Shown: positions 1-10,807, numbered from the stretch's first letter. The stretch is 64,000 bases of DNA from Verrucomicrobiota bacterium (GCA_049510745.1 JBEKYR010000001.1:32001-96000), one strand, 5' to 3'. A program made the numbers and translations. Notes: generated by a model from the letters alone, not told the origin.

Positions 1-49
1 ACGGCCAATTGTTCTTTTGTCGCGGACGGGAAGTGATAAGAATGCGGGC

Positions 50-529
50 ATGGATCCGTTATTGAAACTTTTGCAGGAGAACGCGGCGCTCAAACCGGGG
101 CAGTTGGCCAAGATGCTCAACCTGTCCGAAAGCGAGATCGCCGCGAAAATCAAGGCCTACGAAGAGCAGCAGATCATTCTCGGCTATCGCGCCGTGTTGA
201 ACGAGGAGAAAACCGGCCCCGACATTGTGCGCGCCGTCATCGAGGTGAAGCTCACGCCGGAACGCGGCGGAGGCTTCGACCGCCTGGCCGAGCGCATCGC
301 CAAATACACCGAGGTGCGGTCGTGTTACCTGATGTCCGGCGGCTACGATTTGCTGGTCGTCGTGCAAGGAGCCAACTTGCGCGAGGTGGCGACTTTTGTC
401 TCCGAGAAACTGGCCACCATCCACGGCGTGGTCTCGACCGCGACCCATTTCATGCTCAAGGTTTACAAGGAACAGGGCATGATGATCAGCGAAGACAAAA
501 ACGAGGAGCGTCTGGCCATCTCGCCTTGA
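50..529 (+). CDS. Lrp/AsnC family transcriptional regulator
   Basis: N-terminal HTH (LAKMLNLSESEIAAKIKAYEEQQIILGY) and RAM domain (EVRSCYLMSGGYDLLVVV...STATHFML); ATG at 50 preferred over the TTG at 17. Confidence 0.92.
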   Translation: MDPLLKLLQENAALKPGQLAKMLNLSESEIAAKIKAYEEQQIILGYRAVLNEEKTGPDIVRAVIEVKLTPERGGGFDRLAERIAKYTEVRSCYLMSGGYDLLVVVQGANLREVATFVSEKLATIHGVVSTATHFMLKVYKEQGMMISEDKNEERLAISP

Positions 530-658
530 TGGCGGAGGCCGGACCGCCCGAACTCGCAAACCATTACTGACTCGGATTTTCCGGAAGCCACCGCCGAGGA
601 AGGAGCAGGATTCATCCTTTACCACGGCGCCAAAGTGTCGTTTGATCCTGCCGCGCAA

Positions 659-2173
659 ATGACAAACGCCGCTCCAGCCGCCAAAGCGGACGCCGACGCC
701 ACCTCCGCCCTGACCCGTTTCGTGGCCAAGTTCGGAGTCCTCAAGGACGCGATCCCCGAATTGTGGATTGCCTTCGCGATCAAATTCGTCGTCGTTGCGG
801 CCTACGCCCTGACCAACTCGACGATCGTCCTCTGGCTTCACTCGGACTTGGGTTACGGCGACAAGCAGGCCCTTCCTTTGGTGGCGGCGTGGTCGATGTT
901 GATGACGGGGACGATGCTGTTGGTGGGGTCGTTGACGGACGTGCTGGGGATGCGCCGGACGCTCTTTCTCGGGACGGGCGTCTGCATCGCCGGACGGTTG
1001 GTGATGGTCTTGAGCACGGTCAGATGGCTGGCGCTGGGAGGCGGGTTGGTGCCGCTGGCGGTGGGCGAAGCGTTGGGCGGGCCGGTGTTGGTCGCGGCGG
1101 CGCGCCGCTATTCCAACACCCGGCAACGGTCGGTTTCCTTCTCCATCATTTACGCGATGATGAATGTCGGATTCCTGATCGCGGCCTGGCTCTTCGATCA
1201 CGTGCGCGGCGGTTTGGGAGAGCTTGGCCATCTGGATGTGCCGGGCCTGCATATCTCGACGTATCGGACCCTCTTCCTGATCAGCTTGATTCTGGAGGTG
1301 CTGGCGCTGCCCCTGATCTATTTGTTGCGCGAAGGAGCGGAGGCGACCGACGAAGGACTCAAGCTGGTTCCCCCGCAGCCAAAACCCTCGGACCGGACCT
1401 TTCTCCAATCCGTTGCTCTGACCGTGCGCCAGGCGTCGCAAGAAACCATCCGGCTCTTCGCCACCTTGTTGGGCCAAACCGGATTCTACCGGCTCCTGGC
1501 GTTCCTGGTATTGATCGCGTTCGTCAAGCTGATTTACAGGCAGATGGACTATGTGTATCCGACTTTTGGCATCCGCGAATTAGGCCCGGGCGCGCCCATC
1601 GGCATCTTGTGGGGGATGAACTTCCTGTTGATCATTGTGCTGGCGCCGGTTATTGGCGCGCTCACGCAGAAGTTCTCCGCCTACTCGATGGTGACTCTGG
1701 GCTGCCTCATTTCGTCCGCGTCGATTTTCATCATGGCGCTGCCGCCGGCCTGGTTCGCGCCGATGGCAAACGGTCTGCCCGGCAATATCGTGGGCCACTG
1801 GTATCTGGGCCTCAAGGGCGGCGTGCATCCGTATTACGTGATGATTGCCCTCTTTGTCATCGTGCTCTCGATTGGAGAAGCCTTTTATTCGCCGCGCGTC
1901 TATGAGTACGCGGCGGCCATCGCGCCCAAGGGACAGGAGGCATCCTACGGCGCCCTGTCCTACGTGCCGCTCCTGCTGCCCAAACTGCTGATCGGGATTT
2001 TTTCAGGGCAGTCGCTTATGCGCTACTGTCCGGAAACCGGTCCGCGCCATTCGGAGACTCTTTGGCTGATCGTGGCCCTCTTCAGCCTGGTCGCGCCCGT
2101 GGGCCTGCTCACGCTGCGCCGTTACATCCGCGTGCATGAGGCCGGACGCGACGACGGCGCCGCCAGTCAGTGA
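659..2173 (+). CDS. MFS transporter (POT/peptide-transporter-like)
   Basis: Many hydrophobic segments; MFS motif A-like GSLTDVLGMRRTL; FSIIYAMMNVG and GEAFYSP...APKG motifs typical of POT-like MFS. Confidence 0.85.
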   Translation: MTNAAPAAKADADATSALTRFVAKFGVLKDAIPELWIAFAIKFVVVAAYALTNSTIVLWLHSDLGYGDKQALPLVAAWSMLMTGTMLLVGSLTDVLGMRRTLFLGTGVCIAGRLVMVLSTVRWLALGGGLVPLAVGEALGGPVLVAAARRYSNTRQRSVSFSIIYAMMNVGFLIAAWLFDHVRGGLGELGHLDVPGLHISTYRTLFLISLILEVLALPLIYLLREGAEATDEGLKLVPPQPKPSDRTFLQSVALTVRQASQETIRLFATLLGQTGFYRLLAFLVLIAFVKLIYRQMDYVYPTFGIRELGPGAPIGILWGMNFLLIIVLAPVIGALTQKFSAYSMVTLGCLISSASIFIMALPPAWFAPMANGLPGNIVGHWYLGLKGGVHPYYVMIALFVIVLSIGEAFYSPRVYEYAAAIAPKGQEASYGALSYVPLLLPKLLIGIFSGQSLMRYCPETGPRHSETLWLIVALFSLVAPVGLLTLRRYIRVHEAGRDDGAASQ

Positions 2174-2202
2174 GCTTGAGCGAGGTGGCAGGACGGCCCC
2201 TC

Positions 2203-3909
2203 TCACGGATAGCGCCAAACCCAATTCCCATTTCTCACGTCTCCAAACTGATCGTGCGCATAACGCACCTTCCCGTGCTCGTCCCTATTCGCCCAACCGA
2301 CGGAATAGAGCACAAACTGGCGGTTGTCCGTCAAACGGTAATGCAGTGGCTGGCCGTTGATGAGGTCGTGAGGCAGTTTGTCCATGAACCGCGGCACAAG
2401 CGCGTCGAGCGATGCGGGATACTCGCCTTGCGAAAGGCGATAACGCTCCAGGGCGCAAGCCACTCGCGCCAAATCCGTCGAGCCTTGGGCGTAGGCGAAT
2501 TGCCCGGCGGAGACTCCGTACATGACCATGCTTTCCAGGATACTGTAAGCATCCGTGAAGATGGACCACCATTCGGTGTTCCGCCGTTCAAAGCTGGAGG
2601 GACGCTGCACTCGATCCGTCATGTCTGTCATCGACGAGATCGGGTACCCATTGTACATATCATTTGTGACCAAGACATGGGAAACGGTTCTGGTCTTTGC
2701 GTCGAGCAAAGGCAACAATTCCTCCGTGTAGGCTCGGCAGGTCCGGAGCTGGTTTTGATAATACCATCCGCTGGGAAATGAATGAAAGTAGAAGCCTAGT
2801 AAACGCTCTACTCCGATTGAGAGAAGTTCACGAGGATTATCCTGGTCGTCCGCCGGTTCCGGCGCATTCGATTCGTTGTGTGTTCTTCGCAGACGGTCTA
2901 TTTCGGCGCTGGCGAGCGCCCGTTGGCCCCGCACGGTCGTGGCATAATCGGAAAAGAAATCCAGTCCGGACAATTCAGACTCCAGCGCCAAAAGCTGGCT
3001 GTCCGACCACCGGCGCGCCGCCAACCCTTCCCAAATCGGCTGAAGCGTGGTGCCGATGATATAGATGCGAGCGCGCTGCGAATTGTAAAATGGTTCCGGA
3101 CGAACTGATTCGGCCAGGCGCAAAGCCAACTTTATGTCCTCCAAGGCTTCATCCGTCCGGTTCGCCGCCAGTTCAGCGACCGAGCGCAGTTGCAACACGC
3201 CGGCGCATTGGTCCAATGAGCCGTGATGCGCAAACAAACGTTCCTCGGGCTTCTCGTAGTTCAGCGGAAACCGCGAATGGGGCAGTCGGCTCGCCTGGCG
3301 CAATTCCGCGATGGCGGCATCGTACCGGCTCAACGCCAACAGCACGTCGGCAGCAGGGGTTTGCGGTTGTGGCGCGACGGGAAACTCATTGGTGGGCGGC
3401 GGCTGCGGAAGGTCCCGTTTGCCTGACGTTGAATATGTCCTATAGCCGCCTCTTTGCGCTGGAGGCGTGCGGAAGTAGCTCTGCCATTCTATCAGGTCGG
3501 TCCATTCCGCAATCTGCCATTTGCCAAAGTTGGTTATCTGGTCCCTCGGCAGCAAATACTGATACTCACTCTTGTGCGGAATGCTCATCTGCAACCTGTT
3601 GATCGCATTCGTATTCGGCGGATTGATTCTGCGGCCTTCTTTGTCCACATAGGCGGCGTAACTGCTGAAGACAATCGGCGCGAGGGCAAAATTCTCGTTA
3701 TCGGGCACGGGCGGCGGAATGACGCTGGCCCAATCGAATCGTTCTCCTTTGGCTTCCCAGTGCTGTTTGAATTGCTCCCAGGCCCGTTTGCCGCGCCAGT
3801 CTTCTTCCGCGTAGAACAACAGGACCAGCGCCGCCAGGGAGATAATCGCGTAGAAACAGCGCCGAAGTATTCGGCGGCTTCTCAGCCACTTCTTGGGTTC
3901 TTCGTTCAC
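2203..3909 (-). CDS. Membrane-anchored hypothetical protein with GspG/pseudopilin-like C-terminal region
   Basis: Basic N-terminus plus one TM helix; C-terminus ALERYRLSQGEYPASLDALVPRFMDKLPHDLINGQPLHYR...FVLYSVG resembles the T2SS-G C-terminal region. Confidence 0.7.
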   Translation of the reverse strand: MNEEPKKWLRSRRILRRCFYAIISLAALVLLFYAEEDWRGKRAWEQFKQHWEAKGERFDWASVIPPPVPDNENFALAPIVFSSYAAYVDKEGRRINPPNTNAINRLQMSIPHKSEYQYLLPRDQITNFGKWQIAEWTDLIEWQSYFRTPPAQRGGYRTYSTSGKRDLPQPPPTNEFPVAPQPQTPAADVLLALSRYDAAIAELRQASRLPHSRFPLNYEKPEERLFAHHGSLDQCAGVLQLRSVAELAANRTDEALEDIKLALRLAESVRPEPFYNSQRARIYIIGTTLQPIWEGLAARRWSDSQLLALESELSGLDFFSDYATTVRGQRALASAEIDRLRRTHNESNAPEPADDQDNPRELLSIGVERLLGFYFHSFPSGWYYQNQLRTCRAYTEELLPLLDAKTRTVSHVLVTNDMYNGYPISSMTDMTDRVQRPSSFERRNTEWWSIFTDAYSILESMVMYGVSAGQFAYAQGSTDLARVACALERYRLSQGEYPASLDALVPRFMDKLPHDLINGQPLHYRLTDNRQFVLYSVGWANRDEHGKVRYAHDQFGDVRNGNWVWRYP

Positions 3910-3976
3910 GCCTCGTTGAGGGACGAAAGCAGAATGAATGATTCCCCGGAAAAATCAAGGCCGGAATTCGCGCCGA

Positions 3977-5128
3977 TCAACCCTTCGGCCCGAAAAGCCG
4001 CCGGTGTTCCAGGAGGGTGTAGCGGTCGGTCATGCCGGAGAGATAATCACAAATGGCGCGGTGCCAGCCGGTTTGGCGGGCGCGCTTGCGCGAGGATTGG
4101 CCGATCTCGCCGGGATGCTTCAGAAAATACCGGAACAGGTCCTCCAACATCTTCCCGGCGCGCCGATTCGGCCCCGCCACCGCCGGGTTGGAATAAAGAT
4201 TGCGGAGCAGGTAGCGGCTCAGTTCCGTGTTCAAGCTCCGCCGCGCCGGACTGTGGCGGATGAGCGGCCGCGCCTGCCGGCGCACGTCGTCGGCCGTCTT
4301 GACTCCCGCGGCCTGAATGGCCGCCTCGCTGGTTTCGACCACGTCGCGCACCTGGCTGTCAATAATACATCGAATGATGAAATAGCGCCGGACTTCGTCG
4401 GGCAGGTCCCCATGCTCGCGGCGGACGGTGCGCGCGGCTTGGGCGAACACCCGCACGTGGCGCGTCAACGCCGCCTCCGAGAGCAACCCCGCCTCCAGCC
4501 CGTCGTCCAGGTCGTGGCTGCCGTAAATGAGTTCGTCGGCCAGGTTGGCGATTTGCGCCTCCAGGGAGGCCGATTTGGCCGGGAACGCTTTGCGCGCGCC
4601 CGGCTGATCGTAGGAGGTGTGGTGTTTGAGCAAGCCTTCGCGCACTTCCCAGGTCAGGTTCAATCCGCGGAATCCGGGGTACTTCTCCTCCAATTCCTCG
4701 ACGATGCGCAGACTTTGGCAATTGTGTTCGAAGCCGCCATGCCCGCGCATCAAGCGGTTCAAGACCGACTCGCCCTTGTGGCCGACGGGGGAATGGCCCA
4801 GATCGTGCGCCAGGGCGATGGTTTCGGCCAGGTCCTCGTTCAAGCGCAAGGCGCGCGCCAGGCTGCGGGCCATGGCCGCGACTTCAATGGTGTGGGTCAG
4901 GCGGGTGCGCAGGTGGTCGCCGGTGCCGTTGAGGAAAACCTGCGTCTTATATTCCAGCCGGCGAAAGGCGCGCGAGTGGATGACGCGGTCCCGGTCCCGC
5001 TCGTATTCGGTCCGCCACAAAGGGGGCGGCTCGGCAAAAACCCGGCCGCGGGTTTCGGCGCTGAATTGGGCGTAGGAGGCCAGCGTCAGCCGCTCGCGCG
5101 CTTCGAGTTCTTCCTTGGAAGCTGGCAT
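3977..5128 (-). CDS. dgt: Deoxyguanosinetriphosphate triphosphohydrolase (dGTPase)
   Basis: RDRDRVIHSRAFRRLEYKTQVF, RTRLTHTIEVA, AHDLGHSPVGHKGE, DYLSGMTDRY. Confidence 0.95.
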   Translation of the reverse strand: MPASKEELEARERLTLASYAQFSAETRGRVFAEPPPLWRTEYERDRDRVIHSRAFRRLEYKTQVFLNGTGDHLRTRLTHTIEVAAMARSLARALRLNEDLAETIALAHDLGHSPVGHKGESVLNRLMRGHGGFEHNCQSLRIVEELEEKYPGFRGLNLTWEVREGLLKHHTSYDQPGARKAFPAKSASLEAQIANLADELIYGSHDLDDGLEAGLLSEAALTRHVRVFAQAARTVRREHGDLPDEVRRYFIIRCIIDSQVRDVVETSEAAIQAAGVKTADDVRRQARPLIRHSPARRSLNTELSRYLLRNLYSNPAVAGPNRRAGKMLEDLFRYFLKHPGEIGQSSRKRARQTGWHRAICDYLSGMTDRYTLLEHRRLFGPKG

Positions 5129-5137
5129 GGGCGCCGG

Positions 5138-6367
5138 TCAATTGGCCAGGAGTTCCTGCACGGAAATGCCCCGCAATTCGAAGAGCCGTTTGATCGCGTC
5201 CTCGATCAAATTGTTGGGACAGGAGGCGCCGGCGGTGATGCCGACGGTGATCTTTCCCAGCGGCAGCCATCCGGTAGTCTCGACCTCTTTCTGCTGCGGC
5301 AGGCTGTAGTGGCGGATCAACTTGTCCGACACCATCATCTGGGCGTTTTTGATGAAGTAAGTGGGCAGCTCGGCTTCGCCCATCTCGGCCAGGTGCGAGG
5401 TGTTGGAGGAATTGTAGCCGCCGATGACCAGGAGCAAATCCATCGGCTCGCGCAGGAGCTTTTGCAGGGCGTCCTGGCGGTCCTGCGTCGCCCCGCAAAT
5501 CGTGTCGAAGAACCGGAAATGCCGGTCCAACTCCTCCCTCCCGAACCGCGCGATCATCGCGTTCTTGATCCGCCGCTGCACCTCCTCGGTCTCTCCCCGC
5601 AGCATGGTCGTTTGGTTGGCCACCCCGACGGCTTGCAGATGCGCGTCGGGATCGAACCCGAAGGAATAGGCTCCCTTGAACTTTTCCAAAAACTCCTGCT
5701 TGTTCCCGCCGTTGACAATATAAGCGCAGAGATAATCGGTTTCCGACAAGGTATAGACGACAAGGTAATGACCCGGACCGTGCGCCGTGGCCTGCGAGGT
5801 GGTGGCCTTGGTTTCCTCGTGTTTGGCCTTGCCGTGGATGATGCTGGTGACGCTTTCTCTGGAATACTGCCGCACCCGTTTCCAGACGCTCATCACGTCC
5901 CCGCACGTGGTATCGACCAGTTCGCAGCCCTTGGCGACCAATTTCTTTTTCGTGTCCACTTCCGTGCCGAAGGCCGGGATGATGACGACGTCGCCGGCGT
6001 TCAAGCGGGCCAACTCGGCCTCCGTCGGCTTGGGCGAGATGATTTGGATGCCCATGTTGCGAATCTGGTCGTTGACTTCGGGGTTATGGATGATTTCGCC
6101 CAAAAGGTAGATCGGTTTCGGGGCGGGAAAGACCCGGCGGGCGGCATAGGCCAGATCGATGGCCCGCTCGACGCCGTAACAAAAACCGAATTGCTTGGCC
6201 AGTTTGATGGTCAGCAGGCCGTCGGCGGACAGGACGTGGCCTTTGTCGCGAATCCGGTTGACCAAATCGCTGCGGTAATGCGAGAGCACCTGGGCCTGGA
6301 CCGCTTCCATGACATCGGGCCGGCGCAAGTTTATTTTCTGCGGCGCTGCTGGCGCTTGGGTTGACAT
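5138..6367 (-). CDS. ispH: 4-hydroxy-3-methylbut-2-enyl diphosphate reductase
   Basis: GFCYGVERA, IIHNP, DTTC, DTICGATQDRQ, NSSNT, ITAGASCP. Confidence 0.95.
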   Translation of the reverse strand: MSTQAPAAPQKINLRRPDVMEAVQAQVLSHYRSDLVNRIRDKGHVLSADGLLTIKLAKQFGFCYGVERAIDLAYAARRVFPAPKPIYLLGEIIHNPEVNDQIRNMGIQIISPKPTEAELARLNAGDVVIIPAFGTEVDTKKKLVAKGCELVDTTCGDVMSVWKRVRQYSRESVTSIIHGKAKHEETKATTSQATAHGPGHYLVVYTLSETDYLCAYIVNGGNKQEFLEKFKGAYSFGFDPDAHLQAVGVANQTTMLRGETEEVQRRIKNAMIARFGREELDRHFRFFDTICGATQDRQDALQKLLREPMDLLLVIGGYNSSNTSHLAEMGEAELPTYFIKNAQMMVSDKLIRHYSLPQQKEVETTGWLPLGKITVGITAGASCPNNLIEDAIKRLFELRGISVQELLAN

Positions 6368-6632
6368 ACCTTGCCCAAGCATAAACACGCGCAGACCCGC
6401 AGTCTAGTCCATTACTTTCAAGATTTTTTTACTCCAGCGCTCCTGCCGGGTGAGCTGAGGAAGGCTGAGAAAAGCAATTGAACTCGTGCTGTTTGGCGTT
6501 ATAGTGGCGTTGACCTGCGGTTGACCGAAAGGAGCATTGACGTCCAGATGACCGGCCAGGGGGCAGGCGCCGCCGGGCAGATCAATCTGGAATGCGTTCT
6601 GCGATCTTATCCGCGGCGAACTTGCAGGATAT

Positions 6633-9600
6633 ATGTTTTTGAAAACTTCCACTCCACTCTTGGCGATGCTTTCCTTGCTGGGCGTTATGACCGCGCCCGG
6701 CCAGACGGCCAACATGACCCACCGCTACAGTTTCAACGGCAACGCCAACGATTTGGTCGGCACGGCCAACGGGGTGTTGCAGGGTGGGGCAATCATCTCG
6801 AACAACGCCCTCGTGCTCAATGGCGTCAACAGTTACGTGTCGTTGCCGGCAAACATCGTCACCAATTACACTGCCATCACCCTGGAGACGTGGATCACCG
6901 ATAATGGCAGCGGCGGCTGGGCGCGCATCTATGATTTCGGCAACAACACAACCGATTACATGTTTCTGACGCTGCCGTCCGGCGGCGGCAATCTGCGCGG
7001 GGCTTACACCACAAACGGCAACGGGGCCGAACAGGTCCTGGAGTGGCCTAATGGCGGCCGGCCCGCCGTCGGCCAGCAATCCCATATTGTGTGGACTTCC
7101 GACGGCGCAACTCACTTGGGTTTGCTCTACGTCAATGGCGTCCCCGTGGGCACCAATGCGAACATGACGCTGACGCCCGCCACTCTTGGCCCGACCATCA
7201 ATAACTGGCTCGGCCGCTCTCAATTCAGCGGCGATCCCTATTTCTACGGCTCGATCAACGAATTCCGCATCTACAACATCGCCCTTTCCTCGAATGCGAT
7301 CTTTCAGGATCACCTGCTCGGGCCGGATACATTGGGCGGCGGCCCCGTCAGTTTTTTGGTGCAGCCCCAATCCCAAAGCGTGCTCGATCTGGGCAACGTC
7401 ACTTTCAGCGCTGTGGTCGGCGGCACGCTTCCCATCTCCCTGCAATGGTATCGCAACGGCGTCCCGCTGACCGGGGCGACGAACCTGACGCTGAGTTTTA
7501 TCGCCGCGCTGACGGACAACAACGCGTCTTACCAGCTTTGGGCGACCAACACCTACACGAACACCATCCACGTGGCCGCCAGCAGCAACGCGACGCTGAC
7601 CGTCACCGCCGTCACGACACCGCCCGTCCTGTTGAGCGCCCAGGACGTGTCCACAAATACCGTCCAACTGGTTTTCTCGGAAGCTCTCAGCGCCGATACG
7701 GCGACGAATCTGGCGAACTATGCCATCAGCAGTCTGGGAGGATCGGTCAGCGCCACGGCGGCAACCCTGGATGGCACCGCGACCCTCGTCACGCTGACGA
7801 TCCCGCCGCTCGTTTTCGGGACAAGCTACACCGTGACGGTCAACGGCGTGAAGGATCTGTTCGGTAACGTCATCGCGCCGGGCAGCCAGGCGACCTTCAT
7901 TTATGTGCCCAATTCAATCACCATCCAGGCCGACCAGCCCGGCGTCACGATCAGTTCCAACCTCTTTGGCATCTTCTTCGAGGAACTCAGCTCGGCCGGC
8001 GACGGCGGCCTCTACGCCGAGCTGGTGCGCAACCGCTCGTTCGAGGACAACACTAACAACCCGGATTACTGGACATTTGTCACCAGCGGCACGGCCGCGG
8101 GCTCGATGGCTCTGGACACGTCCCTGCCGTTGAGTCCGAGCAACCTGACTTCCCTCAGGCTGACGCTTTCCAACGGCGTCGGAACAGTCGGCGCGGCCAA
8201 CAGCGGTTATTGGGGCATCCCGGTTTCTTCCGGCGCGCTCTACAACCTCGGTTTTTATGCGCGTTGTTCGAGCAATTTCCACGCTTCGATCACCACCTCG
8301 CTGGAAAGTTCCGACGGCTCCGCCGTTTATGCCTCGTCATCCCTGGCCGGCGTGACGACCGGGTGGACGCACTTCACCGCGCTGCTCACGCCCAACCCCA
8401 CCGACCCGGCGGCGCGCCTGGCGCTGCGCATTTCCCAGCCCGGGACGGTCTGGCTGGATTTCGTTTCGCTGTTCCCGTCGCAGACTTTCCACAACCGCAC
8501 CAACGGATTGCGGCCGGACCTGGCCAACATGCTCGTCAACCTGCGCCCTTCCTTCGTGCGTTTCCCCGGAGGCGCGTGGGTCGATGGAGCGGGCGTTCCG
8601 GATTTCTACAATTGGGAAGTCACGGTCGGGAACCCCGCTGATCGCCAGCCGCGCTGGGACCTGTGGGGTTACATGGTCGATAACGGCCTGGGTTACCATG
8701 AATATCTTCAGATGTGCGAAGATTTGGGGGCGGTGCCGCTCTTCGCGGTCAACTGTGGCATGGATTATTCGGTGGCGGTGGCGACCAACCAACTGAGTCC
8801 CTATATCCAGGAGGCGCTGGACGCCATTGAATATGCCAACGGCGCCACGAACAGCTTTTGGGGCGCTCAACGCGCGGCCAACGGCCACCCGGCCCCGTTC
8901 AACCTCGCCTACATGGAAATCGGCAATGAAAACGGCGGCGCCGATTATGACACCCACTACGCGATGTTCTACGACGCCATCAAGGCGCAGTATCCCCAGA
9001 TGAAACTGATCGCCACGTCCGTCGTCAGCTCGCGTCCGATGGACGTTGTGGATGAGCATTATTATCCCGACCCGGTCTTTTTCGAACAACAATCCGTGCG
9101 CTACGACACCTACAGCCGGAGCGGGCCCCGGATCTTCGTGGGCGAATACGCGGTCACCAGCGGTTCAGGCAACGGCAACCTGGCGGGGGCGCTGGGCGAA
9201 GCGGCGTTCATGACCGGCATGGAACGGAATTCGGATGTCGTCATCATGGCCTCTTACGCGCCTTTGTTCGCCAACTTGAACAACAAGGACTGGAACCCGG
9301 ATTTGATCTATTTTACCGGCACGCAGGTGTACGGCACGCCTTCCTACTACGCGCAGCAGATGTTCAGCCTCAATCGCGGCGATGTTGTCCTGTCCAACTC
9401 GGTCGTGGCGCCCGCAATGGCGTCCACCAACCACGGCGCGATCGGCTTGGGCACCTGGAACACGCAGTCGGCCTACAGCAACCTGCTCGTCACTGCGGGA
9501 GCGACGACGCTCTATCAGAGCGATTTCACCACGCCGGCGGGCACCAACGGGTGGCAGTTCGGCACAGGCACGTGGGTGGCGACCGGCGGCATGTTGGAGC

Positions 9601-10733
9601 AAACCGCCGGTGGAACCGATAACACGGCCACCTACGGCAGCACGACCTGGAGCAATTATACGTACACGTTGAGCGCCATGAAGCTGGGCGGCAGCGAAGG
9701 GTTCCTGATCATGTTCAATGTGCTTGACACAAACAATTACATGTGGTGGAACATCGGCGGCTGGAATAACACCCAAACCGGCATCGAATGGGCGCAAAAC
9801 GGCTCGAAAAGCCTGCTCGCTTCGGTTCCCATGACGATCAACACCGGCCAGTGGTACCAGATTCGCATCGAACTGGGCGCTGACATCCGCTGCTATCTGG
9901 ATGGCGTATTGATCCATGCCGTGTCGAGCGCGGCTGCGGCGCTCTACGCCTCGAGCAGTTTCCTGCGTGCCAACGGCCAGATCATCGTCAAGGCGGTCAA
10001 TGTCACCGGCTCGCCTGCCCCGACCGAACTCCGCCTCAACGCCGCGCGCGGCCTGGCCCCCACTGCCGCTGCCACCGTCCTCACTTCCGCCAGCCCGCTC
10101 GACGAGAATTCCCTCGCTCAACCGACCAACGTCGTTCCGGCCACGACCCTGTTGACGGGCGTGTCCACCGATTTTGCGTACACGTTCCCGGCCAATTCGC
10201 TCACGATCTTGCGCTTCCAGGAGCAGCCCGATTCCCCCGTGGGTGTTTCGCTCCAAGCCCCAACCAATCAACTGAACCTAGCCGCCCTCTCGAACGGCGT
10301 TCCGGTCATGCTCAGTTCCTTCATCACCAACACCGTCTCGGTCACGTACACGGTGGATGCTCCCGGAGGAATCGTGGCCCGCGGCACGCTGACGTTTGCG
10401 CCGGGTGACCTGGGCAAAGTGATCCTGCTCTCGATTCCAAATCTGCAAAGTTACAGCCTCTTGCGCGTGACTCTGAGCAGTCCGGTCGGCGGCCAGTTAA
10501 GCGGCATCACGCAAGCTTACTATGTGAACCTGCCCAGTGTGGGGGGCGTGCCTTTGCTGGGTCTGGGGCAGTTCCCGGATCAAACCGTCCTCTACTGGAG
10601 CGATGGAACATGCGCCCTGCAACAAGCCGGCAGCCTGCCGGGGCTTTGGACCACCGTTTCCAACACCCCCAGTCCCGTGAGCATCACCCTCGGCAACGCC
10701 CAACAGTTCTATCGCCTCCATCGGCGGCAGTAA
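6633..10733 (+). CDS. Secreted multimodular GH51 alpha-L-arabinofuranosidase (LamG, Ig-like, GH51 with insertion, C-terminal domain)
   Basis: Signal-like N-terminus; LamG (THRYSF...GSINEFRIYN); Ig (SLQWYRNG); GH51 motifs GIFFEE..DGGLYAELVRNRSFE, RFPGG, EIGNEN, VGEY, MASYAPLF; ends QQFYRLHRRQ. Confidence 0.9.
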   Translation: MFLKTSTPLLAMLSLLGVMTAPGQTANMTHRYSFNGNANDLVGTANGVLQGGAIISNNALVLNGVNSYVSLPANIVTNYTAITLETWITDNGSGGWARIYDFGNNTTDYMFLTLPSGGGNLRGAYTTNGNGAEQVLEWPNGGRPAVGQQSHIVWTSDGATHLGLLYVNGVPVGTNANMTLTPATLGPTINNWLGRSQFSGDPYFYGSINEFRIYNIALSSNAIFQDHLLGPDTLGGGPVSFLVQPQSQSVLDLGNVTFSAVVGGTLPISLQWYRNGVPLTGATNLTLSFIAALTDNNASYQLWATNTYTNTIHVAASSNATLTVTAVTTPPVLLSAQDVSTNTVQLVFSEALSADTATNLANYAISSLGGSVSATAATLDGTATLVTLTIPPLVFGTSYTVTVNGVKDLFGNVIAPGSQATFIYVPNSITIQADQPGVTISSNLFGIFFEELSSAGDGGLYAELVRNRSFEDNTNNPDYWTFVTSGTAAGSMALDTSLPLSPSNLTSLRLTLSNGVGTVGAANSGYWGIPVSSGALYNLGFYARCSSNFHASITTSLESSDGSAVYASSSLAGVTTGWTHFTALLTPNPTDPAARLALRISQPGTVWLDFVSLFPSQTFHNRTNGLRPDLANMLVNLRPSFVRFPGGAWVDGAGVPDFYNWEVTVGNPADRQPRWDLWGYMVDNGLGYHEYLQMCEDLGAVPLFAVNCGMDYSVAVATNQLSPYIQEALDAIEYANGATNSFWGAQRAANGHPAPFNLAYMEIGNENGGADYDTHYAMFYDAIKAQYPQMKLIATSVVSSRPMDVVDEHYYPDPVFFEQQSVRYDTYSRSGPRIFVGEYAVTSGSGNGNLAGALGEAAFMTGMERNSDVVIMASYAPLFANLNNKDWNPDLIYFTGTQVYGTPSYYAQQMFSLNRGDVVLSNSVVAPAMASTNHGAIGLGTWNTQSAYSNLLVTAGATTLYQSDFTTPAGTNGWQFGTGTWVATGGMLEQTAGGTDNTATYGSTTWSNYTYTLSAMKLGGSEGFLIMFNVLDTNNYMWWNIGGWNNTQTGIEWAQNGSKSLLASVPMTINTGQWYQIRIELGADIRCYLDGVLIHAVSSAAAALYASSSFLRANGQIIVKAVNVTGSPAPTELRLNAARGLAPTAAATVLTSASPLDENSLAQPTNVVPATTLLTGVSTDFAYTFPANSLTILRFQEQPDSPVGVSLQAPTNQLNLAALSNGVPVMLSSFITNTVSVTYTVDAPGGIVARGTLTFAPGDLGKVILLSIPNLQSYSLLRVTLSSPVGGQLSGITQAYYVNLPSVGGVPLLGLGQFPDQTVLYWSDGTCALQQAGSLPGLWTTVSNTPSPVSITLGNAQQFYRLHRRQ

Positions 10734-10807
10734 CGGAGTTTTTCTCGCTGAAACTTTTTGGACACTCGTCAATGCCTCCGTAGGGCAAGCCGCGATCCAC
10801 CAGGGAA

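Noticed and set aside
3938..6364. 808-aa + strand ORF and similar long ORFs (13514-16075, 19199-20761, 32131-34467, 39376-41181)
   Set aside because: Antisense shadows of well-supported genes in GC-rich DNA; no motifs of their own
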